A stretch of 64,000 nt of DNA, taken from Eukaryota sp. GEM-RC1 (Eukaryota). Numbering within the stretch: the first letter of the stretch is position 1; each line of letters begins with the position of its first letter. Below the pieces are notes generated by a model, which was not told the DNA's origin, did not search any database, and saw nothing but the letters and a program-made list of their open reading frames with translations. The position numbers and the translations under genes were made by a program. This document shows positions 26,401-37,261 of the stretch, piece after piece. The DNA is taken from the NCBI GenBank assembly GCA_040285855.1, contig JAUFOQ010000003.1, positions 620,001 through 684,000 of the forward strand, written 5' to 3'.

Positions 26401-26444
26401 GCATTAGAAGCCAATATATATTGATGCTTTGTGTTAGAAGACAT
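20437..26444 (-). CDS. Gag-Pol polyprotein split by several 1-nt frameshifts: gag with SP repeats and CCHC, protease, RT, RNase H, integrase, possible degenerate chromodomain
   Basis: CKYCKEPGHAVEMC; IDSGAQISVI; PFGLKN, YLDD; DASD, FYSK, TDHKNL; GHP..CPSC, DTIG, SDNG, GLVER; C-terminal IIQVLEQF..SVLWYG. Confidence 0.85.
25945..26215 (-). repeat. Coding tandem repeat in gag: nine alternating 33/30-bp units
   Basis: GGAGAG anchors at 25949, 25982, 26012, 26045, 26075, 26108, 26138, 26171, 26201; translates to SPEKDGGTLKS/SPETERGTKT-type units. Confidence 0.9.
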
Positions 26445-27006
26445 ACGAAAGTATGGAGTGAAATTAAGATAGTTTATGATTGCTATTAGCTATTATATAC
26501 TTACAAAAGTAACTGTTTCCCAAGACTTGAAGGACGCAAACGTGATCGAAGAGTGCCAGTAGTAAGCATTGTTCGACTGAACAATCTTTCGAACAACTAA
26601 AATCGTTAGGTCATTTTGTTTCATAACAGTACGATCAACTGTTTATATCATATCTTACAAAATTGAGACAACGGTGTACGACTTGTTTGAAGAAAGTTCG
26701 ATATTTGCAGATGAAAACAATTCAATTTGGCATGAATATATAGTGTCACAATATTGAAACATATTGCAATATTTTTGCATATTGCCGATTGAGACAATAA
26801 ATGTACTCTAATTAACCTAATACTAGACCCAGAAAAACCCTTACTAGTCTATCTCTTCGTGGCTAGTAATAGGTAAGGGCTAGTGAAGGAGGGGCTTGTA
26901 TTAGGTAAGGGCTAGTAATTAACTTGAAGTCAACAACCAACAATCAACAAGAGAACTGTATACTATAGAAAGAAGAGAGAAAAATTTAATTCTACACTAC
27001 TTGTAG

Positions 27007-27679
27007 CAGCAATGTAAAAATATCTTATTGTTATCTTATTGTTTTTCTGACGTTCAACAATAAATATATTGTCTGGATTGATATCTTATCTTATTTATTG
27101 GTTATCTTGAGTCAAAACAATAAATATATCTTCAATAAACACAGTAACAAATCACTAAGAGCAAGAATCTGATCACATTCATCATTTGTAGCCTGATTGT
27201 ATTGAGGTGTGAGATACTTTATTAAATTTTTCCAATAGAAGTTTGATCCCATAGATCAACATTGTACAACAAGAAAAGTTGCATTCCTAACGCTTTTGAG
27301 TTCAGATTTGGTTTAGTGTTTCCTGAAGTCCTTCTGAGCTAGACTGAAAAGCATCCCATCTTCATTTCTAGTTGCAGGTATCCAACTTAAATCTATATAC
27401 TGTCGATCTTGATTAGTTCGTTGCTGTTTACGTTTGTTCAACCTTTTATTTAAGCCAATGGTTCTCTGTTACATTGGAGTTCAAATGCTTCAACACAATC
27501 CTACTTTATTCTAACTTGACATCAAGAAAAAATCAGGTTACAACAAGAAAAAGAACGTTCTTGAATTATCTTATCTTATTGAAATATATCGTATATTGTT
27601 GAGAGAGATGTCCACAATAAGATAACAATAAATATATTTATTGTTATTGTACAATATATTTATTTATTTTACATTCCTG
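27007..27679 (-). mobile_element. Internally deleted hAT element retaining a dimerization-domain remnant
   Basis: TIR CAGCAATGTAAAA / TTTTACATTCCTG; flanks ACTTGTAG / ACTTAGTAG; minus strand encodes YIDLSWIPATRNE..LFSLAQ and MQLFLLYNVDLW. Confidence 0.7.
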
Positions 27680-28505
27680 ACTTAGTAGTCTAGTACTGAC
27701 ATTAGCAAAATACTATCAGAACAAGGAGGACTACAACACTGAAATTTCGTTGTTATGCATGTCCATACAATCTGCCAAATAGCCGCCTGTGCCACAGGCC
27801 CTGTGGTTATTAATTGACCTCTACGCTTTGACTATTGTAGAATTAAATTACACTATTGAAACAGTCTACTTATTGAACTTGCTCTTTAATGTTGAGCAGG
27901 CCTCCGGACAGACCTTACTGTGAGAGTAGACGGTTATTATAATGAATTGTTCCGTATCATTGAAATACGGGTATGTACATTCATTTTTATTTAACAGAAA
28001 AGACTGAATGAAAAGAGATAGTCACATACTGACTAGACTCAGACTAGAACAATAGACCACTGACTTGACTATAACTAGAACCATAGACTGAACAGTAGAT
28101 AGTCTTTTAAAATTAGCTACATTTAAGAAGAAATTGAATACCAGGACTAGAATCGGAAATTTGAGTAGTAATTATTCTCACTGACAACATGCACCACCAG
28201 CCCAGTTTGTTAAGCATACAAGCGCAATCAGTCTAACAGCAAAATTGAACAGCAGACAACATTCATGGAAGGACTAAGGAAAATCATGTGCAAGCTTTAC
28301 AAGGGTCTGGATTCCATCAGTGCTCTTCATACATTGTGCTAACGGATCAGACTCAATTTATATGTACAGTCTACAGTCTATCCAAATTGAATAGGCTAGA
28401 CCAAGACTAACCGAGTAGATTCAGACTAAAAGCATAATCTAGTCCATAGTTGGTAGGCTATTGTTGTCAAATCCATCTCTAGAATGAATGTCCAGTGCGG
28501 AAAAC

Positions 28506-30831
28506 AGTCATGGCAATGACGAGTTTGACTATAATCTTGACAAAAATGACTAAAATCTTGACAAAAATGACTATGCTCTTGACAAAACTGACTAGAATCT
28601 TGACAGCTTCTCATTCTTGCTAGAATCTTGACAGAACTGACTAGATTCTTGACAAGTTGCTTTCTGATCCATTTTAGTGATATCATCAGTTCTTCGTCAC
28701 TGCTTCATTGTCTCCCTCTTTATGTTCTGGACCTGGGAGTTTCTGCTTTCGTTATCACATATACTTTAGTAGTTCAAATTCTACATTCTACAGTTCACTA
28801 TTGCTCTAATGCTCACAATCACAATCTTTCTTGAATTTCTTACATCTTTGACAATGACTTCTGCTATCATGTCCTTCCTGGCGACACACTCTACATTTCC
28901 TTGCGGTTTTCTTCTTTTGAGTTCTCATCACCCTACCATTCTCCTCATGAACTTTTGGACCTTCGTATCGATGAGCAGATCTTGCTAAACCCACATTGGC
29001 AGCCTCTTCTAACCGTACCTTGTCTGCTGCTGACTAGGTAGACCGCCATTGATTGAACAGTTCTTCAACAGGATTAGAAATTTGACCTGATTCTTCTTCA
29101 TCATCTAACCACCACTGTCGATGAAACATATCTTTGGAAAGCCTTTGTGTTCTTTTAATGCTGTGAATACATGGAATTCCAGTTATTCTCTCAGATCTGC
29201 CTGAACATACTGAATCCACATGATTCGTTTGGCTAAAAGCAATAATTTGTAAAACCTTCAACAAAGCAAAAGATGACACGTGTCGAATTACGTTCACAAA
29301 TAAAGGGGTGTTTTGATCAGTTCTCGGTCGACTCTCTGCTTATCAACATCAATGTTTCTTCTTAAGTCGATTACTTGATGCTCCATAGTAGCCATAACAT
29401 TCTCCATAGCACTCTCCAAGTCTCTTTTGTACATTCGATCTCCGGATTTTAGTGTATTGTGGGCGGACTCGGCTCGATTGTTCGTGTAAGTTTTAAAGTG
29501 AGTGAATTGATCAATATTGTAATAACAGAAACTTTCCTTCATATCGAACCAATTGTTAATTAAATAGATGAAGGCATCACCACATTCTCGGTCATTTTCA
29601 TATTTTCCTGTCATCACGTCCAAATTCCAACAAAATTCTTCGACTGCTTCACTTTGAATTAGGGAGTAAAAATGTTCCATAAATATTTTCCATGCTGGAT
29701 CAGAAATTCCTTTAGCGTTCTTAATTTGGATTAAATTTTGAACGATATGGAACAAGCATAAAACGTGACCGGATGTTGGAAACACTTTCCTGACAGCATT
29801 AATCAATGCCTTTTCTTTATCTGTAAGAAAAACTCCTGGAATAATGTTAAATACATCTTTAAATTGTTCCAGAGTCCAAAGGTAGTATTCTTCAGTTTCT
29901 TTAGCCATAAAGACACAGGCAGCACTGAACGATGAATTTAAACAAGTAAAACCAACCACATGAAACATTGGCATACCAAATGTATTTGTCTTATAAGTAC
30001 TGTCAAGACAGAACACATACCGAAATCTTCTGGCAATCGGCAGTACCTCCCGGTTTACAATAAACAGGGCTTCAAGTCGGTTTTCGGCATCAGACTTAAC
30101 TCGAAAGATGTACCCGTCCGCGTTTTTTTCAATCAAACTGTCAATTGGCCCTCGGCCCTCCTGTGATTCCATTTTCGTTTTATAGCGAATATTTGAAATA
30201 TCTTTGGCTGTTAATAAAACTGCTTCATTATTGGTTCTTGCTTCTTTCCTGAGTTGCAACAGGATTTTTTTTCGGAGTGGTGGAAAGCGGGGCACAGATG
30301 ATTCTTTCCAGTTGATTGGGTGATACAACCCTATGAGCAGAAATAGAAGTTTTATCAGCTGCTAGCATATGGTTGTGTACTATACTTCTTGATTCAACCT
30401 TCCAAAGTTCGTCGGCTTTCTGGAGTTTAAGGTACAACTTGAAAGCACATTGCGTAACTCTTGTCTTTGAGCGACGTCGAACAATGTCATTGTTCTCATT
30501 AACACGATCAGATCTATGGACAGAAGCACAGGAGCATAAAAGATAAACACGTCCACGGCCTTCATTACCACCATCGGTACGGAGAGAGAAACCTTTATCA
30601 CCGGCCCACTTTTGCAGAGAGTTCACAGCATCTTCATAGGATTCAAAAGACATCAAATTATTTGGAACTGGTGTTATTGGATTGATTGTAGGGTCCTCCT
30701 CATTTAAGACGATGTTTTGATTTAAGCTCATATTTATGAATAATAAAGAGAGATAATTGAGGGGAAGTGAAAAGAAGTTGTCAAGATTTTAGTCAATTCT
30801 GTCAAGATTATAGCAAAAGTGGGCAATGACC
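28506..30831 (-). mobile_element. Second MULE element with subterminal ~21-bp repeats
   Basis: GACTAAAATCTTGACAAAAAT-type repeats (~6 copies at 28527-28656) inverted at 30778-30813; imperfect termini AGTCATGGC / GCAATGACC; no TSD seen. Confidence 0.7.
28806..30731 (-). pseudogene. MULE/FAR1-like transposase, frameshifted
   Basis: FAR1-like CSC..CAFKLY..HNH; LDSTYKTNTFGMP; FLTDKEKALINA; LCLFHI; NNRAESAHNTLK; GIPCIH; CRVCRQEGHDSRSHC. Confidence 0.85.
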
Positions 30832-30868
30832 TAATTTGGATTGACTCTCAATCCGAACCCCAAAATCA

Positions 30869-33800
30869 ATGCGCCAACTTGATTATGCGGAGTTCCTCTC
30901 CGTGTCATATGTTTATGTACCCTTTTGCTGCTTTTCTCTGCACTGGCATTATGGCATTTGTGTGCTATCAAATTCCGTTTGGGTGCCCTAAAAGCATTTT
31001 GGGGACGAACAACTATACTAGGCTCTCTTCTGAAGCAAAACAAGCAACGATTACCTGTGTTGATGGCATTCTCTGGTCTACTCTCATTATCCCCTCTTTT
31101 AATAATTGTTCTGTATTCTCTAGAGCTTTCCGAACGAGTTACGCCACAGCTTTCGGCTCTACATGTGTTTCTCATCTGTTCCTTCCTCTATCTGTTCACA
31201 GTTGCTCTTGGATACTTCTTCAAGAATGGATTCTTCACCGCCCCGTCCTTTAAGTACCTGTTCTTCTCATCGATTCTGATCCACTCGTTGTTCTACTTCC
31301 TCCCGTCTCTGATGTTCCCTAACCTTTCTAATGATCGTACTCTCTATCTAGGCTTTGGTATCATTAACACTGTTCTTGTTTCTGTCGCTGTCTATCACTC
31401 ACTCCCCTTTCCTCGATCTGATCCCACTTCCTACCTCAAAGGACAACGCCCTGCTGAACCCGTTCCCCCCAAGATCATGGCCAAGAAGACTCTCATCTTC
31501 TGGGTTCTGTCCATTCTGAGTCTCTTCATCTACGACGTTGTCTCCATAAGATCTCTTGGTCATCGAACAGCATTCTCCTTCTTTTCGGTTGCCGGCATCG
31601 TCATTGTAGACTTCCTTGCCTTCCTCCACAAGTGGAAATGCCCCTCCAACCTCATCGTATTCCTCTTCATTTCTCGTCTTTGCTTCATCCTTCCAGGTCC
31701 TGATTACTTCTTCCTTGGTCATACCATCATTGCTTTCTTCGTTCTCACTCTTGGATCTTTAGACTACCTCTTCAAACGTCTCTCTCTTAAAAAAGAGACC
31801 GCTGAAGCTGCTCTAAAGTCAATGACAGTCAGCGAGGAAGGTGATCATCTAAGACCAATCATTTCCTTCTCCTGCCTCCCAATGGTCCACCATCCTGTCG
31901 TTATGCAATGCCTTACTTACTTGGTATTCACCCTTGAGATCATTGTCATGACAACTCTTGACTTTCCTTTGATCTCAATGCTTAGACAAGAGCATCCTCA
32001 GTATATCTTTGGTTTTGTGGCAGTATTTAGTACAATTGTTCTAACAATTTGGGTATTTGGATTGTTGTATTATCTTAAATACAAGAACTCAAATCCAAAT
32101 GCTTATGTTGTTCCCTTAGTTTGTTTTTCACAAACTTGTTTACTTGGTTTTCCCCTCTGGATTTTCACTAAAAGTTACATCAACATCTTTACTCTTCTCT
32201 TTTTCTTCCCACTACTGAGTTCGGTATCTATACTTTACTTTAAGTGGAAAGAGAATGACTTTAGTTTGACTTTTGAAGGGGCGAATCATAAGCACCACAT
32301 CTTATTCTTCTCTCCGTTTGTTGTTTGTCTAGGTTTTTCAGTTGCTTTAATGATCACTGTTAAACCTTTATTCCTTGGTCTAACCATTATGTTCTTTTCT
32401 TTTGAGTTCTTACTAACAGCATATACCTTTGTCTCCTACTTTAAGACATTGAACTTCAGAAAGTCATTGGAAGCTACCTTTTTGTTAACTGCAGCTGGCC
32501 TGCACGTATTATGGGGAGTTTTATCAATGACTGTGCTTGACCAATCAAGTGTTGGCACTTTGGTCACGTTGGCGTGCCTCTTCCCATTGGTTTCAGGTGG
32601 ATTTGCTTTATATGATTTCTCTGATCGCAATTATAAACCTGCTAAATCCACTACAATCACCGCATTGGCTTCAATCATTACCTTTACTCTCTACTTCGTC
32701 ATCATCACGTTTACAACTGATCCTTGGTACTTTGGAGCATCTCTACTTGGAGGTCTATTCTCAGTTTTATTCGTTTCATTTATTGCTTTCTCTATTAGAA
32801 CTAGTGGCCATTTCCCTCCTCATTTAAGAGTCTACACTTTCATTTACGTTGGTCTTGCTACCATGACAGCTTTGTACGTAGGAGGTAGAGGTGAAGGTAT
32901 ATTTTGGGGAGGTTCGTTGTGTTTGTTCATTGTTGTTGGAGTTTGTTTACTATATTCCTTCTCTTTAAAACCAATGAACTCGTCATCACCTTTGATCTCA
33001 TCTCCTTGGGTTTTCCCTAGTTATTGTCTTACTGACAATGGACAATTCATGAAGGTCAATTTACCAAAGTTTTTATCTTTATTATCCTTCATCATTCTAT
33101 CTCTCTGGGGTTGTTTTGCTTCTCTTTGGATGGAATCAATCCATTGGGGTCCACTTGTTGTTTCTGGAGTTTCTGCTCTATTTTTAGTTACTTCAATCGG
33201 ATCAAGTGTCACGTTACCATCATTCCTTTTAGGAAAGAATCACTACTTACTATCTCCACGTGTTGTTTCTGAAACTCTAGCTGATGATTCTCTTAACATT
33301 GCTAGTGGTTTCAAACCTACTTGGACTGACCTTGCTTCTAAGTACCAATCCTCTGAATCTGAAGCAAAGAATCCTGAAGAATTCATTAAGACGTGGAAGT
33401 TATATGACGAGTTTACCACTCAGTTTGAAGGTGACGTTTCGATTGTCCTATTGGCTGCTGTAAAGTTATACCAATCAGCTAATGCTGTAGAGTTCACTTT
33501 GTTGAATAATCTGACCCTTTTCCTTCAATCAACTGGTAAGGAAAACGTGACTGCTGCTGAATTACAGTCAATTTCTGTGGAGAAAAAGAAATTCCTCATG
33601 GCTGAAATGGAAGCGTGGATGGAAAACAAAAAGAAGGACGAAGAACGCAGCGAGGAGATTCGCAAGCAAGAAGAAGAAAAAGAAGAAGAGGAAAAGAAGA
33701 GGAAGAAGAAAAAGAAGAAGAAGATTCAAGAAGAAGAAGAAGAAGAAAAAGAAGAAGAAGAAGAAGAAGAAGAAGAAGAAGAAGAAGAAGAAGAAGAAGA

Positions 33801-36055
33801 AGAAGAAGAAGAAGAAAAAGAAGAAGAAGAAGAAGAAGAAGAAGAAAGAAAAAGAAGAAGAAGAAGAAGAAAAAGAAGAAGAAGAAGAAGAAGAAAGAAA
33901 AAGAAGAAGAAGAAGAAAGAAAAAGAAAAAGAAGAAGAAGAAGAAAGAAAAAGAAAGAAGGAAGAAGAAGAAGAAAAAGACAAAGAAGAAGAAGAAAGAA
34001 AACGAAAGTTGGAAGAAGAAAACAGAAAACGACAAATTCAAATTGAGGAAGAAAGAAATGAAGAAAGAAAACGAAAGTTGGAAGAAGAAAACAGAAAACG
34101 ACAAATTCAAATTGAAGAACAAGAAAGAAAACGAAAGTTGGAAGAAGAAAACAGAAAAAGACAGATTCAACTTGAAGAACAAGAAAGAAAGCGAAAGTTG
34201 GAAGAAGAAAACAGACAAAGACAGATTCAACTTGAAGAACAAGAAAGAAAGCGAAAGTTGGAAGAAGAAAACAGACAAAGACAGATTCAAATTCAAGAAC
34301 AAGAAAGAAAGCGAAAGTTGGAAGAAGAAAACAGACAAAGACAGATTCAAATTCAAGAACAAGAAAGAAAGCGAAAGTTGGAAGAAGAAAACAGACAAAG
34401 ACAGATTCGAATTCAAGAACAAGAAAGAAAGCGAAAGTTGGAAGAAGAAAAGAGAAGAAAAATTTCAACTAATTATCCAAATCCTTTTAGTGTATCTAAC
34501 GACTCTGATAATGACGTCAACATTCCAATCACTCCAATCTCCAAGAATTTCGATGACGTTGACGATGACAGAAGACGTAGATTTGAGCAACAACAAGAAG
34601 AGCAACAACGTCGCCGTCAATTAACTATTGAACGTCAAAAGAAAAGAGGAGGGTGGTTCAGCAAGTCTAGCAATCAACAAGAAGCTCCACCGACCCCCAA
34701 GCCCACTGTTTCTGACCCTCTTTCTAAATACGATGAATTGGCAAAGACTCTGTCTTCATCCAATCAAATGTTCTCTGATGAAAACTTTCCTGCTGGGGAT
34801 AAAGCTCTCGGTCCAGCCCTATCTTCCAGAGCAAATCCTAATTGGAAAAGAGTTTCTCAACTTGGAGGACAAGTCTTTCAAGGAACTCCTTGTGCAGACC
34901 GTGTTCAGCAAGGATCTTTGGGTGATTGCTGGTTAATCTCAGCTATTGCTGTTTGTGCCACAAGACCAGATTTGATTCAGCATTTATTTGTTAAGGATTA
35001 TACTAAGAATGGTTTCTACGTTTTGAGGTTCCATAAGAATTGTTCTTGGACTTATGTTACTATAGACGATTTCCTTCCAGTTAGAGGTAACAATTTACCG
35101 CTTTTCTGTCACTCAACTGGAAGCAAAAGAGTTTTTCCCTGCTTTAATTGAAAAGGCTTACGCTAAGATTCATGGTAACTATGAAACTATTGAAGGGGGA
35201 CACGTGTCAGTTGGTTTATCTGATTTGACTGGAGGAATTGCTGATGAAGTTAGGTTTAAAAAGGCTAAATCTGAGATTGCTTCAGGAGCTCTTTGGCGTA
35301 AAATGAGAAACTATGTTGAATCTGGTTATCTCCTGGGTGCTGGCTCTCCTTCTGGAAAAGATACAGACATTTCTTCCTTTGGAATTGTTCAAGGACATGC
35401 TTATTCAATTCTTCAATGTGTCGAAGTTGAAAATTTAAAATTAATTCAACTTCGAAATCCTTGGGGAGATTCTTCTTGGAAGGGAGATTATGGACCAACT
35501 AGTACCAAATGGACTGCCAAGCTCAAAAAGCGTCTTGATTTTTCTTCTGTTGATGATGGTAAGTTCTGGATGACGTATGGTGATTATGTTGCTCATTTTG
35601 ATTCTCTTTACATTTGCCGCTTCTTTGATAAGCACTATCCTGGTAAGTTCAGAAGTGCCTGGTCTCTTGCCAACAGAACTGCTGGTGGACGATCATCTAC
35701 TGATAATAGAGATACTTTTGTTACAAATCCGCAGTTTAGATTGAAGTCTTCTAAACCTGGTAAATGTGGTATTGTTTTACGTCAAGATGATCGTAGAATG
35801 CAAGGCCAGAAGCAGTTTGCTATTGGTTTCTATGTATGCACTGGAAAAGGCGGTCGGATCAGCTTGGCAACTACTACAAATGTTTACGCAAAAGCTGGCT
35901 TTATCTATCTCCGTGAGTTGTTTTCTGAGATTGATGTTGAAGCTGGTGTTGATTATACCATTGTTCCTTGTACTTGGGATGCAGGACAAGAGAATGGCTT
36001 TGGAATCATGGCTTTTGGTGAACATCCTATTGAATTTGAAGAAATTAGGGGTTAA
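30869..36055 (+). CDS. DEK1-like transmembrane calpain copy 2 (longest linker); 1-nt frameshifts near 30923 and 35120
   Basis: ATG CGC CAA CTT GAT TAT matches the copy 1 start; ORFs 30925-35151 and 35204-36055; catalytic Cys/His/Asn intact. Confidence 0.88.
33667..34455 (+). repeat. (GAA)n-rich tract followed by ~60-bp coding tandem repeats (ERKRKLEEENRQRQIQIQEQ)
   Basis: Visible GAA runs 33667-34000; 60-bp periodicity visible line by line at 34081-34440. Confidence 0.95.
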
Positions 36056-36813
36056 TTTCTTCAGTTTATCTGTATTATACATTATTTAATATAAATCGAT
36101 TTCTGCTCAGAGCAGTTCGCCTGAGGTGCCCGTTTAAGTTTCTATTAATGTTAATAGCTGAATTGAAATGTTGATCTTATGGCCTATCAATGTGTCAACT
36201 GTAGTAAACCACGTGAACAATCGTCTCAAATCTCTTCAACTGTTTTCCGAAATTCTCATGAATTCATTTCCTACATTATTGTGCTAAGTTCATGATGTGC
36301 CCTCTGGTCCAGTTCAAATTTGATGTAATTAATGAATTATTTACGTCGTCTTTTAATCCCGTTGTGTTTGTGCTTTATAGAACTCGTCCAAATAATATGA
36401 GTTCTGTTTACGCTACATGAAGTATGTCGCAGGACAATTCCCTAGTTGACGTTTTGTCAACTCCCATTATCAGCTCTTCAGCTTTACTAACGGTGAGTTT
36501 GTTTTATGAGTATTAAGGTGCGATAGAATTTGTTCCAAGTTTAGATTTTGTTATTTGTTCCGTTCTAACATCATTGCAGCAAGTCTTTTAACCAAAGTTA
36601 GCTGACTAACACATTGGTGTTTTTTGTTTTCAACGATATGCCTCAAAAGCTGTACTTCATCTACTACTAGTAGATTGATGTAAAAAATTCTAGCAACATG
36701 AAGAGATCAGTAAATTTCTCTCATCACACATCTAGTTCAACTCCCATTGATATAGTGACACAGTTAATATGGTCACTTTCTTCTGGGCGTTTCCTGAAAA
36801 TTGTGTACAACAC

Positions 36814-36872
<59 letters not shown>
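36814..36872. repeat. (CTA)n microsatellite, ~19 units
   Basis: Direct reading. Confidence 0.95.
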
Positions 36873-37261
36873 GTAGTAGTATATTGTACTCTAAGAATAC
36901 CAAGGAAATAACAAGTTTCACTCCAACTGGTAGAAAATGGGAGTGAAGTGGAGTTGGAAGTTTTGGAGTAGATCTTAGGTGGAGTAATTTAGAATTCACA
37001 TCCCTGAAAATTGATGGCGCTAAAGTATGTCACCAATACATGTTCATTGAGGTATTTGATGCCTCAATGTGTAGGGGAGGTGTGGGGGTTGCGTTGAAGG
37101 CTCATCGTGAGGTGGACTGGAGCAGCCTCCAGTACAGATCTTGATGGTAGTAGCAAATAAACAAGTTAGAATCTTGTTGACCGAAGTGGAGTAGGGTTCC
37201 ATTCTGCCTACTGGTAATCCAGTTAACTAAACAATTATCACATCATCATCTTCAAGATCAA

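Larger units (their letters stand above)
20366..26505 (-). mobile_element. Full-length Ty3/gypsy LTR retrotransposon with 84-bp LTRs
   Basis: Identical LTRs 20366-20449 and 26422-26505 (TG...CA), 4-bp TSD AAAG, PPT GAAGAAGGAGAAGAAGTAG; order gag-PR-RT-RH-IN. Confidence 0.95.

Noticed and set aside
25577..26424. Plus-strand repeat ORFs of 221 and 166 aa
   Set aside because: Antisense shadows of the gag tandem repeat
28527..28656. Regular ~21-bp repeats superficially like a CRISPR array
   Set aside because: No unique spacers or cas genes; they are MULE subterminal repeats with inverted copies at 30778-30813
33568..34624. Poly-F/L/S/R ORFs on other frames and strands
   Set aside because: Shadows of the stop-poor GAA repeat in the calpain linker
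36698..36946. Poly-Tyr ORF
   Set aside because: Translation of the (TAC)n microsatellite
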